Origin: Eledone cirrhosa
Taxonomy: Eukaryota
NCBI GenBank assembly: GCA_964016885.1
Contig: OZ024741.1
Coordinates: forward strand, 366,792,001-366,856,000
Reading direction: 5' to 3'
DNA: 64,000 bases
The first letter of the stretch is position 1, and every line of letters starts with the position of its first letter. The notes beneath the pieces are model-generated. The model did no database searches. It was not told the origin of the DNA and saw only the letters and a list, made by a program, of their open reading frames with translations. The position numbers and the translations under genes are program-made. This document shows positions 12,308 through 24,325 of the stretch, one piece after another.

Positions 12308-12870
12308 ATATTGTTATATTTGGGGAGGGTCATATTGTTATAATATTGCTAGAAATAATAACAAAACACACTCACTGTTTGGTTTGGATTTGTTTTTACT
12401 TCTGTATTTTTTATATCTCTATAGTTAATTTAGCTGGCAATCAATGTTTATCCTTGATTGACCAACTGTTAAAAATATAGATATAAATATATATATATAT
12501 ATATAGTCTATCAAAGTTCTTTCATCACACACCTGTGACATCATCAGTGATACAATTATGCCCCCCCCCCCCGGTGTATTGTAATGTCTATACCATTTTT
12601 ATTTATTTATTTATTTATTCTTGTCTCTGTTTGTGATGCATGTTTGAGTCTATGTGTGTTTGTATTCTATCTTTGTTCATTAGCATGTGTTTATGTGGTT
12701 GTTATTATTGCACCTGTGTATATTTATTTATTTATATTTACTTTAGGTCAGTATTGTGTGTTTGCGCATGGTTGTTGTTATTCCATTCATTTTTTTCTGT
12801 TCAACTTTGGTTTTCTTAGTTCTATTTCAGTTGCTTCCCTGATTTGTCTACCTGTTGAGCCATTTCTATA
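12308..12870 (-). mobile_element. Penelope-like element 3' region/pLTR, related to the element at 56856-57862
   Basis: attgttatatttggggagggtcatattg matches attgttatactttgggagggtcatgttg at 56858. Contains a hammerhead and a gtttgcgcatg motif; abuts (TA)n. Confidence 0.65.
12509..12552 (-). ncRNA. Type-I hammerhead ribozyme (minimal, PLE-type)
   Basis: UAUCA CUGAUGA U GUCACA GGUG UGUGAU GAAA GAAC UU/ UGAUA: stem I, full core, stem II and a minimal stem III. Confidence 0.75.
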
Positions 12871-13219
12871 TATATACAAAAGAGGGAGGGAGAGAGAGGT
12901 GATGATGATGATGATGGACCTTCCTGTCAAGAATGATGTGTGGGTTAAGGGAAAGGTTGTACAGGTCAGTACAAACTAAGAGTTGAGTCCACTCTGCCTG
13001 AAAGTAAAAGATGTGTCAAACTTAAATGGAACATCCTTGCTGAAATGTCAACTCAGGCAAAGCTGACCAGAAGATAAGCATCACCATTAAGCTCAAGAAA
13101 GGTAATGCACATAACTCTACTTAATCATTTTGATTATCACTAAGAATGTATGTGTAGGTGTGTGTGCATGTGCACACGTCTGTGTGTTTGTGTGAGTATG
13201 TGTGACAGTCAGTTGACAG

Positions 13220-14275
13220 GTCGGGGATGTTTGAAATTCTACAACTCTATGGGATTCCTGATAAAATCATTGCGGCCATACGTGTAATGTATACAGATAC
13301 CAAGTCAACTGTCCTGGCCCCAGATGGGGAGACACCACCTTTCTCAATCCTCGCTGGAATTTTACAGGGCGATACCCTTGCTCCGTGTCTATTTATCATT
13401 GTTGTGGATTATGTTTTGCGCATGTCTGTGGATAGGATTCAGGATAGGGGATACCAACTACAGCCTAGAAGAAGCTCACGCTACCCAGCAAAATACTTGA
13501 CCGACACCAACTTTGCTGACGACATCGCATTGATCACTCGGTCACTGGAAAATGCTGAGAATCTTTTGAAGTCATTGGAGCAAGCGTCCAACTGTGTTGG
13601 ACTGTACCTCAACGAATCCAAGATTGAGTATGTGAACAGATGCGCAAACAGCCCAAACTACCCCATCAGAACCCTTAATGGTACCACCCTTAAGCAGGTG
13701 GAAGATTACAAGTATCTTGGCTCATATATATCCTCCTCCAAAAAAGATTTTCTAACCAGGAAGGGTATGGCATGGTTGGCGTGCGGTGACATGCGCGACA
13801 TATGGACATCTCAACTTACCAACAAGCTAAGGCTGGAAATATTCCAAGCAACCATTGGGCCCATATTACTTTATGGATCCGAAACTTGGACGCTAACATC
13901 ACAACTTGAGAGGAGATTGGATGGCACATATACCCGCCTCTTAATGAGAGTGCAAAACCTATCCTGGAAACGACATCCCACCTTGTCTAAAATCTATGGC
14001 AAACTCCCTCGAGCCTCTGCCCTTCTAAAATCCCGGAGAGCTCAATTTGCTGACCACTGTCACCGTGCCAGCAATGAAATCATATCCGCTCTCTTGCTCT
14101 GGAACCCTGACTCCAGCCTGACTAGGAGTAGGAAGCTGTCATTCCCTGACGTTATCTCTAGGGATACGGGAATCAGTAGACAGGACCTGGGGGCAGCGAT
14201 GGGGGACGGGGAATTCTGGAGCATGAGAGTGAGATCCATCATCTCGACAGTAGTCGACGAATGATGATGATGATG
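13220..14275 (+). mobile_element. 5'-truncated RTE-like LINE (345-aa open RT C-terminal part) with (GAT)n tail
   Basis: GILQGDTLAP, FADDIAL, YKYLGS, ILLYGSETW; the ORF ends in atgatgatg. Confidence 0.9.
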
Positions 14276-14364
14276 AGTATGTGTGTGTGTGTGTGTATGT
14301 GTTGTGTGTGTGTGTGTATGTGTGTGTGTGTGCACATGTGTGTGTATTTGTGTGCGTGTGTTTG

Positions 14365-14625
14365 GACTTCAGACTGTTCCGAGAATGTGTGTTCCAGGTG
14401 ATTCAATCAACAGAACAGCCTACTCGTGGAATTAACATGCAGGTGGCTGAGCATTTTACAGGCACATTCACCCTTAATGTAGTCCTCGGGAAGATTCAGG
14501 GCGACACAGAGTGTGACAAACCTGGCCACCCTATCAATTACAGTCACAACTCCTTTTTGCCATCAGGGTGGGCAGAAGCAACATGAAATAAAGTGTCTTG
14601 TCCAGGGATATAAGCCATATGATTA
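14365..14625 (-). mobile_element. CORE-type SINE body (related copy ~20077-20308)
   Basis: cagcctactcgtggaattaac..cccttaatgtagt..gattcag..gaaataaagtgtcttg. Confidence 0.65.
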
Positions 14626-15169
14626 ACTGCAGAGACACTCATGCACACACACATGAACACACACACATATATATATATATATACATACACACATACATAA
14701 ACATTCACACATACCAGCTTTCTCTCTCATACATACACCTATTCTCACACATATTCCTCTCTGTATCTATATCAGTCACACATACATACCTACATTATTT
14801 TTCACTTACCCACTTACCCACAATCACACTCTCTCCCTCTCTCTCAAATCTATACCGCTCTCTCTCTCTCTCTCTCACACACACACATACATACCTCTCT
14901 CTCTCTCACACACATACATACTCTCTCACTCTCTCTCACACACACACATAGCCTTTCTCCCCCACAAACATTCACATATCCCCCTCCCTCTCATACACAC
15001 ACACACTATCCCTCTCTCTCTCTCAATCACAAACTCATTCACACACACACTCTCTCTCCCTCTCTCTCTCTTTCTCTCGCTCTCCCTCCCTATCTCTCCC
15101 TCCCTCCCTTTCTCTCTCTCTCCCCCCCTCACTCTTACACAGTCATATTTCAGAACAAAAAGACGTAAA

Positions 15170-16112
15170 TCTATATATATAAAACTGTGGTTGTCTGTCT
15201 GTCTATCGATTTTTGGCACACATCTCCTCTTAGAATCTCTCACGGAATTGCACCGAAATTGCTATACTTGTACATTGAGCCCTAGCGAAGACATCGGAAA
15301 AAAATATTTCAAATTGACCCACCCTATGTGACGAAATCGAATATAATGTATCGATTTTTGAGCGTAAGTTATCAGCTATTTCCCTTTGTTCTGTTTACAT
15401 TGAGCGTCTTACGTAAAAAATTACGCTGGCTTTCTCAGCGTTTAAAATGACATTAACACAATACACGAACAGTTGAACACTAAGCTTCCGTTTTGCTTCA
15501 TTTCCATTTAAAAGCATTTTAAAACAATATTTTTACTTGAAAACAAGTCTATTTAAAGACTACGTAAAACAAGCAAATATTTCGTCGTTAGGCGTGTAGA
15601 CAGACAGTCGTGCAGACAGATAGTCGTGCAGAGAGGTGATATAGGCGTGCAGACAGATAGTCGTGCAGAGAGGTGATATAGGCGTGCAGACAGACAGTCG
15701 TGCAGAGAGGTGATATAGGCGTGCAGGCAGACAGTCGTGCAGAGAGGTGATATAGGCGTGCAGACAGACAGTCGTGCAGAGAGGTGATATAGGCGTGCAG
15801 ACAGACATAACTGATAATTTGGTTACGCTAATGTTTTTCTCTGCGTTGCAGTGTTTACATTTTCGATCTTTGTTAATAAATAACCAGTGCAGTTTCTATC
15901 CCCAGCATCCTCTTTTGTTATAACATTCGGGTTATCGTTATGTTTTCTTAACTTCATAAGGCATATTGTTGGTTGAGGGAATATTAATCAAAAACACCAC
16001 ATGCAAGTCTGCACAGTAGACACTACAGTTTTTAAGCCAAGAAAGAAACTTAACATTGTAACTTTAACACAGCTACTGAGCGACCCCGAGCAACGCCGGG
16101 CTTTACTGCTAG
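15170..16112 (+). mobile_element. Non-autonomous Helitron
   Basis: A|TCTATATATATAAAA 5' end; subterminal hairpin CCCGAGCAACGCCGGG (16085-16100) then CTAG|T; inserted between A and T with no TSD. Confidence 0.85.
15590..15806. repeat. 37-bp tandem repeat (about 6 copies) inside the Helitron
   Basis: AGGCGTGCAGACAGACAGTCGTGCAGAGAGGTGATAT units. Confidence 0.9.
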
Positions 16113-16203
16113 TTATGAATAAAGTTAAGAAATATAACCCAATTCTTAAATCTTGATTAATCCTCGCTGTCTTCCTTTCTTTCTTTATTTCTTTTTGACA
16201 CAG

Positions 16204-16297
16204 ATTTACTGATTACAACTAAGAACAGTGTTGGTGGTGGTGCTGGTGCTGGTGCTGGTGGTGGCGGTGGCGGTGGCTGTGGTGGTGGTGGTGGTGG

Positions 16298-16328
<31 letters not shown>

Positions 16329-16691
16329 GGTGCTGGTTGTGGCGGTGGGGGTGGCAGTGCTGGTGGTAGTGGTTGTGGTGGTGGTGGTGGTGGTGGTGAT
16401 GGTGGTGGTGGTGGTGATGGTGGTAATGGTGGTGGTAGTTGTGGTGGTGGTGGTGGTGCTGGTGGTGCTGGTTGTGGCGGTGGGGGTGGCGGTGCTGGTT
16501 GTGGCGGTGGTGGTGGTGGTGGTGGTGGTGGTGATGGTGGTGGTGGTGGTGATGGTGGTAATGGTGGTGGTGGTTGTGGTGGTGGTGGTGCTGGTGGTGG
16601 TGCTGGTTGTGGCAGTGGGGGTGGCGGTGCTGGTGGTGGTGGTTGTGGTGGTGGTGGTGGTGGTGGTGGTGGTGATGGTAGTTGTGGGTGA
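16204..16691 (+). CDS. Candidate Gly-rich terminal exon ([16 protein letters not shown]...GCGGG...GDGSCG*)
   Basis: Long polypyrimidine tract plus cag at 16160-16203; the Gly frame is open from 16206 to TGA at 16689. It may be only a GGT microsatellite. Confidence 0.25.
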
Positions 16692-16978
16692 TTTTGTTAT
16701 TATTAGTGGCTGTGGTGGTGTTGGTGTTGGTGGTTTTGGTGGTAGTGTTGTTGGTAGGAGTGGGGATGGTGGTGGTGTTATTGTTGGTGGTCTCTTGTTG
16801 ATGGTGGTGGTAGCATTATTGTTGTTGTTGGTGGTGCTGATAATGTTGTTGGTGGTGTTAGTGTTGGTGGTGGTAGTGGTAGTGATGGTGGTAGTGTTGG
16901 TGATAGTGTTGGTGGAGGGGGTGTTTGTGGTGGTGGTGGTGGTGGTGGTGGGGGTAATGTTGTTGGTAGTGTTGGTGG

Positions 16979-17009
<31 letters not shown>

Positions 17010-17239
17010 GTTGGTACTGTTGGTGATCGCGTTGTTGGTGGTAGTAGTGTTAGTGGAGGTGGTGGTAGTGTTGGTGGTGGCGGTGGTGGTAGTGGTGGTG
17101 GTGATGGTGGTGTTGTGTTGTCGTCGAAGTCGTAGTAATAGTAGGGGATGTATTTTGTTTACAGTACTATCACGTTGGCACCTTATCTTCAGGAAAAACA
17201 AGCAGTCTGTCTGTCTGTCTGTCTGTGTGTGTGCATGTG

Positions 17240-17270
<31 letters not shown>

Positions 17271-17605
17271 GTGTGTGCATGTGTGTGTGTCTGTCTGTCT
17301 GTGTGTGTGCATGTGTGTGTGTCTGTCTGTGTGTGTGCATGTGTGTGTGTCTGTCTGTCTGTCTGTGTGTCTGTCTGTCTGTCTGTCTGTGTGCATGTGT
17401 GTGTGTCTGTCTGTGTGTGTGTGTCTGTCTGTCTGTGTGTGCGTGTGTCTGTCTGTGTGTGTGTGTGCATGTGTGTGTGTCTGTCTGTCTGTGTGTGTGT
17501 GTGTGTGCATGTGTGTGTGTCTGTTTGTCTGTGTGTGTGTGTGTCTGTCTGTGTGTGTGTGTGCATGTGTGTGTGTCTGTCTGTCTGTCTGTGTGTGTGT
17601 GTGCA
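16228..17605. repeat. (GGT)n degenerate microsatellite (16228-17120) followed by a (GTCT)/(GT) compound microsatellite (17205-17605)
   Basis: Directly visible. Confidence 0.95.
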
Positions 17606-17931
17606 TGCCATGTCGCTCTAGAGTGTTACTGGTAACATGTAACCCAGTACAACTTGTCACAATGTCAAGTCATAGATTAAGCTGGTAACCCCACCAAGAT
17701 TGCTTGGTGAGGAGGAGGAGAATTTTGGACCCCTTGCGGGATGAAAAAAACAAGACCCGTCTGAGTGTGAAGAACCTCAACAGCCATCTAATAATGTACA
17801 TATATATATATATATGTGTGTGTGTAACTAACTGTTATTTCTGTTGACCTTTTACATATATATATATAATTGAAAAAAACAGAGTTAGAGACTCGCGTTA
17901 ATCCCTGTAATTTTATAAGCTCAGGGAATAA

Positions 17932-18153
17932 ATTACTGGGCTCTCAATTATACAGTATATAGAGAAGAAAACACAAAAAGGGGTTATGTTTTCAATAACA
18001 ATGGGTAGAAAACCACTATAGTGAAGGATATAAAGTCTACGAAAAGTGAAGAAAATACATAATAATTTTACAGTGGTTCTCTACCCCTTGTAAATGAAAA
18101 CATAACCCCTTTTAGTGTTTTCTTCTCTATATACTGTATTATTGAGAGCCCCG

Positions 18154-18157
<4 letters not shown>
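17932..18157. repeat. Fold-back (arms 17932-17994 / 18095-18157) between TA tracts, PLE-like
   Basis: attactgggctctcaat..gttatgttttca is the reverse complement of tgaaaacataac..attgagagccccgtaat. Confidence 0.8.
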
Positions 18158-18197
<40 letters not shown>

Positions 18198-18316
18198 GGT
18201 TAATTAGTCTCTAATACTTAAACATCTCAATCAAAGAAATCTCAGAGGAGCAATATTATATATTAAAATTAAATGAGGAAAATCTCTAATTCTGGGAGTA
18301 TAAACGATATATGTAT

Positions 18317-19217
18317 AATAATAATAATAATAATGACATTATTGTGTACAGTGCTCAGGTGCACTACAACTCATCAAAGGTGCATGTATAGTACATAGAA
18401 TAATGTACAAATGTCAGGAAAGTGAACAGTGTATGAGTCATGATATACATGTGTGCATGTGTACGGAGGGGGAATATTAGGTGTAGTGTTGGCGAATCTC
18501 GGGAAGCATGGAGGTTTTAAAGGATGCAGTGTGTCGACAGCTAACAACTGATGCAGGTAGTTTGTTCCATGCTTTAGCAACTCTGAACGTGAAAAAATGT
18601 TTCCGAAAGTCATGGGAGCTGTGCTGTTTTCTGACTTTGTAGACATGCCCATGGTGTTAGACACATGGAAATCAAAAAGGTGCTCAGGGTTGTTGTTGGC
18701 GAGATGGTTAATAACTTTGTGGGTGTTTACCAAGTCAGTTGCCAGACTTCGGAGCTTCAATGTATCCATGCCCAGGGAAGCAAGGCTTTCAGAGTATGGT
18801 AGATGCCTGATGGAGAGTATTCGCCTGGTTGCACGTCTCTGAACAGTTTCCAGGAGGTCAATGTTCTGAGCAAGATAGGGGTTTCAGACTAATGATGGTA
18901 ATTCTAAGTGTGGCCACACCATAGCTGTATACAGCTTTAAATAGATAGCTGGAGAGCGGCTGACAAAGGTCTTTCTGGGTGATGCTAAGACACCTTCGGC
19001 CTTCTTGACAATTTTAGAGACGTGCTTCGTTCAACGCAAATCACTGCTGACAGTAATGCCCAGGTCACGTTCACAAGAAGACTTCTTGATATTAGTGCTG
19101 TGGAGGGAGTATGTGGACGCTGGGTTTTTCCTACCAAAATGCATGGTGGTACACTTGTCCACAGCAAGCTTGAGTTGCCAGTCTGTGATCCATTGCTGCA
19201 TTGTGTCTAGGTCTGAT
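18317..19217 (-). mobile_element. 5'-truncated CR1 LINE 3' end
   Basis: Peptides ..ERDLGIT.., LETVQRRATRRILSIRHLPYSESL, LRSLATDLVNTHKVIN; same 3' UTR and (TTA)n tail as the copy at 41-322. Confidence 0.85.
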
Positions 19218-19227
19218 TACAAGAAAG

Positions 19228-19302
<75 letters not shown>

Positions 19303-19658
19303 TGTGAGTGTGCATGTATGGAGAGCTAAGTATAAGGAAGAGACATGCATGTAAGCCAAACATGCAATTTTGCGACAACATAAAAAACAACTTGAAAAGA
19401 TTTAGGGTTGCACTGAACAACTGGGAAACAGCTGCTTGTAATAAGGTTTTATAGAGGAAAAATCTGTACGAGAGGGTGAAGAATTATGAGTTAAAGCATA
19501 TAGAGCATTAAAAATATATACATAACATTCCATACTCACACGCATATACATTTACTCAGCAGACACATGCAAATGCACAAACATTCACACATGCACATAT
19601 GTAAACACCATAAACACATGTATAATTACATACACATACACACAAATGCACATGCACA

Positions 19659-19703
<45 letters not shown>

Positions 19704-19812
19704 GTGTATGTGTATGTTTGTGTGTATGTGTGTGTGTATATATGTGTGTGTGTGTGTGTGTTTTGAACCTCCATCAGTTTCAGCAACAAGCGTTCTTGTT
19801 CAAACAACAGGA

Positions 19813-20076
19813 CAGTAATATGCAGAGGGGGGGGGGGGCACGATGTGTTGGCCCCAGGCCTTTGGAGGGGGGCATCATTAGAGGAAAAGAGCTTAATAAA
19901 TTTGATTGATTTATATTAAAATCGAATAAAGTGTTTATTTCATGTTTCATCTGTGTTTATATATTCAAAATATTTTCCTTTCTCATATTTCTCAGTATAT
20001 TAGGCCTTATACTTGAGTCTTTGGAGCATTCAATCAAGATTTGTCCCGGGCATCACCAGAGCTCTGCATGCCACTG
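19813..20076. mobile_element. hAT-type MITE inserted in a SINE
   Basis: TIRs CAGTAATATGCAGAG / CTCTGCATGCCACTG; degenerate 8-bp TSD caacagga/caatagaa. Confidence 0.65.
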
Positions 20077-20402
20077 CAATAGAAACAGCCTCCTCGTGAA
20101 ATTAACGTATAACTGGCTGATTATTCCTTAATGTAGTTCTCAGGGAGATTCAGCATGACAATGGCTGGTCCTTTGAATTACCAGGTGAGTGGACTGGAGC
20201 AATATGGATTAAAATGTCTTGCTCGAAGACACAATATGTTGCCAGGAATTGAACTCACATCTTTTCAATCATGACTCAAGCACCCTAACCACACAGCCAT
20301 TTGCCTTCACCAATGGACATGCATACATACATGCATACATACAAACATACACACATATATACATACATACAACATACATATATACAAACATACATACATA
20401 TA

Positions 20403-21030
20403 TGGTGGCTGCCAACTCGTTTTCGAGTACGGCCACTACTTTATATCCTTGTAGGAGAACTCCTACCGATGCGCTGAATGAGTGTGACTTTTTAGTCCAG
20501 CCAGCGACTTGAAAACTCTGGTACAAACACTACACTTGTGACAATTATTGACACATAGTGCTGGGCCCATGGTACCATGTGACGACAAGTGCAGAGAGAT
20601 CTCCAGATATAAAGCAATGCCTGTGCCGTGAAGCTTTTATAGTGAGCAAAGGCACTGCACAAAGCCAGTCCCACTCTCTTAACCAAGATGATATTTACCA
20701 AAAAGAAGAACAAGTCAACATCATTGGATACCGTCAGGGTTGCAGGTGTTATATCAGAGTTTTCCTTCTCCTAGAATTCTGCCTTGACAAAGGCTAAGGG
20801 GTCATCTCTCCCGGTGATTTTGGATGGCCATTGACTCTTAAGTGCTCCTTTGCCCTTTGACAGGTTTTGTTTTTAGTCCTGCAGGATGTCCAAAGTCACC
20901 CTCCTCACCAAGAAACCTTGGTGGGGTTGCCAGTTTAGTCGCCAACGACCCGACCATGAGACAGGTTGTACTGGGATACATGTTACCAGTAGCACCAACA
21001 TGTTACCAGTAGCACCAACTGGTGACCTGA
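20403..21030 (-). mobile_element. Interspersed repeat resembling an RTE 5'-UTR-derived element (opposite-orientation fragment at 17620-17790)
   Basis: 20897-20995 is the reverse complement of 17622-17716; contains CTAGGAGAAGGAAAACTCTGA on the minus strand. Confidence 0.45.
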
Positions 21031-21067
21031 CATACATATATACATACATACATATATACATACATAC

Positions 21068-21591
21068 AAAATTAACAACAAACGAGGAAGAATATATTGA
21101 GACAGATGGCACTAAGGAATACTGGTGGAACCTGAAAATAAAAACTGCCACCAAATTAAAGCACAACCGGCCTGATATTGTTGTTTGGGACCACACATTG
21201 AAAACGTGTTCTGTTGTGGAGATCAGCTGCCTACTTTATGTAAACGTTGTCAGAAAAATACTGGAGAAGGAGGACATCTACAGACCATTGATGAGGAGTT
21301 TGCAAATCCAGTATCCAAGATACACCTTTAGCTTCATACCCATCATTATTGGAGCTACGGGTTATATAGCAACTCGTTTGGACCAAAGTATGACTGAACT
21401 TGGATTTGCGGACAAAGAGCACAGCTCCCTAATTCATAGTCTAAAAATGGCTGCGATAGCTGGCACCTTCAAAATTTGCAAAACATTCTTGCGATTCAAG
21501 GGATGACAATTTCTTTTCTTTTACAACCTTGCCACCAGGAAGGTGGCTGGTCAAAAAAATATACTCGAAATTAAGAGAAAGAGATAACAAA
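21068..21591 (+). mobile_element. R4/Dong-clade non-LTR element 3' end (restriction-like endonuclease)
   Basis: WWNLKIKTATKLKHNRPDIVVWD..VVEISC..KEDIY..FIPIIIGATG (PD..D/E RLE); flanked on both sides by (CATA)n. Confidence 0.8.
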
Positions 21592-22042
21592 CATACATAC
21601 ATACATATATACATACAAACATACATACATATATACAAACATACATACATACATATATACATACATACATACAAACATACATACATACATACATACATAC
21701 ATACATACATACATACATACATACATACATGCATCTATACATACATACAAACATACATACATATATACATACATACAAGCATACATACATACATATATAC
21801 ATACATACATTCATAAATACATACATTCATAAATACATACATACATACATATATACATAGACACACCTGAGCTGGCATCTGACCAAACTATAGGCTGTTG
21901 TATATATAAGTCCTCACAGATACTGCTCCATTTCATAAACAACTAAGACTTCACTGACTATGTGTGTGTATATAAGTATGTGTGCCCATGCATGTATGTG
22001 TATGTATGAGTGTGTGAGTATATATATCTATATATCTATATA

Positions 22043-22090
<48 letters not shown>

Positions 22091-22145
22091 TATATACATA
22101 TATATATATATACATATATATATACATATATATATATATACATAC

Positions 22146-22216
<71 letters not shown>

Positions 22217-22644
22217 CATACATGTACAAATATATATGTGTATATGTGAATGTATTTATACATGTGTGTGCATTTGCATGTGTAGATATATGTTGTCTTA
22301 TTTACATTAGATCTTTTTGATAAGATAGTTAAAACATTACACTACTTCTTCACCTCACAAAACAACTTCTGTGTTGTTTGAGTCAATGCAAGACCATCTA
22401 TGCAGTCACTTGGCCTGCTAAAAATAGCAGCCAAATCTTCCACAATTTGATCCGTCTTATAACCACGTTTCCTCCCAGAAGATCCATGCTTCACCATCCA
22501 CATATATTAACAACAGGTACCCATCTTCAGCCATCACATATCCTCTTCATTTACTACACATGTTTCACTTCCATGCAATATTGGTTGGGAAAAAAAATAA
22601 GATGGGATAGTCCTGGTTAGAAGGCCTTACATTACATGCCTGCT

Positions 22645-22870
22645 CCGGCGGTGGATTGATAGTATCGGTAAAGCATCAGACACCATGCTTTGAAGCATAG
22701 AGTTATGTCTCTTTACGTTCTGAGTCCAAATCCTGCCGAGGTTAGCTCTGCCTTTCATCCTTTCCTTATGGGGTTGATAAAATAAAGCACCAGTAATGCA
22801 CTGGGGTCAAATTAATCAACTTTTCCCTCCCCCAAAATTGCTGGCCTTGTGCCTAAATCAGAAACCATTA
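22645..22870 (+). mobile_element. tRNA-derived SINE, most abundant family here (also 25715-26110, 29000-29142, 39508-39698, 40510-41080, 42094-42310, 42973-43380, 53385-53607, 63884-64000)
   Basis: ggcggtggattggcagtatcggtagag..ctgagttcaaatcccgccgaggttaactttgcctttcatcc..gataaaataaagtaccag..gaaacaattatt; several head-to-tail tandems. Confidence 0.85.
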
Positions 22871-23384
22871 TATGCCTGCTGATTCAGAGCCAAATAAAGC
22901 TAAACAATAACAAAAACAATAATCTAAGTTGTTCAATTCAATATGAGGGCCTCCAAGCCAGCTAATGGTTAACCTATAACACCCAGATCGTGTATGAAAG
23001 GGATTAGCATTTGAACCCCACCAAATATGTATTGTTATTTCCTGCCTAAGGTTAGATATTTTTTCAACAAACTTCATCATTCATCATCATCATTTCATTT
23101 TACATCCACTTTTCCCTGCTTGCAAGGGTGGGACGGGAACTGATTCTAGCTTGATTTCTACAGCTGGATGCCCTTCCTAACACCAACCTCATTTACAGTG
23201 AGTGCTGGGTGCTTTTTTGCTGTGACACCTCCACGACCACTTTGCAGTGGAATGATAGGGACCTCAGTCCCTATCATCTCATTTCTACAGCTGATATATA
23301 TATATGTGTGTGTGTGTGTATGTGTGTGTATGTGTGTGTGCATGTGTGTGTGTGTGTGTATGTATATATGTACGTGTATATATT

Positions 23385-23419
<35 letters not shown>

Positions 23420-23467
23420 TAAGAAAATGCAAAGTAGTTGCAGATGTTAAAGTCCTTTATTGATAAG

Positions 23468-23542
23468 GCTGTGATACATATTTCAATGACCACTGTGGCC
23501 ATGCGATGCCACATAACCAGTGCCATGATCTCATCAAACAGC
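23468..23542 (-). ncRNA. Mutant hammerhead (core UUGAUGA) in the inverted arm
   Basis: GCUGU UUGAUGA GAUCAUGG...GGUCAUU GAAA UAUGUA UC ACAGC. Confidence 0.6.
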
Positions 23543-23720
23543 TCTATTACATAATAATGTTATGTTCACGAGGAAATCAAAACTAAAACCACAATGTTTT
23601 TTAAACCTTCACCAGTTCCCTTGTGAGAACGGGTGAAGGCTTCAAGAACATCATCTTTGTCCATTCCCTTGTCATTTTAGTTTGGATTGCCTCACGAACG
23701 TAACCTTCTTATCTAATGAA

Positions 23721-23794
23721 GCTGTCTGATGAGATCATGGCACTGGTTTTGCGGAATCATTGGTCAATGTCGTCATTGAAATATGTATCACAGC
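23721..23794 (+). ncRNA. Type-I hammerhead ribozyme with long stem II
   Basis: GCUGU CUGAUGA GAUCAUGGCA...UGUCGUCAUU GAAA UAUGUA UC/ ACAGC. Confidence 0.75.
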
Positions 23795-23921
23795 CTTAGC
23801 AATAAAGGACTTTAACATCTACAGCTATTTCACATTTTCTTATTCTATATATAATCCATCATTTCTATGTGGAAAAAGTACATAGAGTGGTTGAATTGAA
23901 TTGCAACAATGTTTACTGTAA

Positions 23922-23961
<40 letters not shown>

Positions 23962-23994
23962 AGACATTGATGTAAAACTGTGATGATGATGATG

Positions 23995-24040
<46 letters not shown>

Positions 24041-24042
<2 letters not shown>

Positions 24043-24325
24043 AAAAAATGAAACGAAATTTCATTTCCCACTCTTAGTACGGCTGTTACTTAAATGTAAG
24101 TATGTACACGTACATACATATATGTATACAGACGTACAGTAGTATGTATATATATATATACATACATGCACACATATATATATGTACGTATGGATTCACC
24201 GAACATTTATTATAATGCTCAGTGTGTTTGTAAACAAACATCCCGTATTAAGCCGTAGTGTCCAGCAACCATCGTTGCTCGTTTGTTCAACACTGACAAA
24301 GGAACGCTGTACTAGTTTCAAGCTT
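24041..24325. mobile_element. PLE fragment of the same family as 61311-61700, with one part inverted
   Basis: 24041-24098 is direct to 61311-61368; 24100-24325 is the reverse complement of 61468-61692 and ends in hammerhead stem II. Confidence 0.75.

Larger units (their letters stand above)
23416..23846. mobile_element. Diverged PLE-type fold-back with a hammerhead in each arm
   Basis: 23416-23613 and 23632-23846 are imperfect reverse complements; flanked by (TA)/(GA) tracts. Confidence 0.8.

Noticed and set aside
20086-20118. HDV-like CAGCCUCCUCG motif
   Set aside because: It lies antisense in a SINE body, differs in the copy at 14417, and I could not build the nested pseudoknot.
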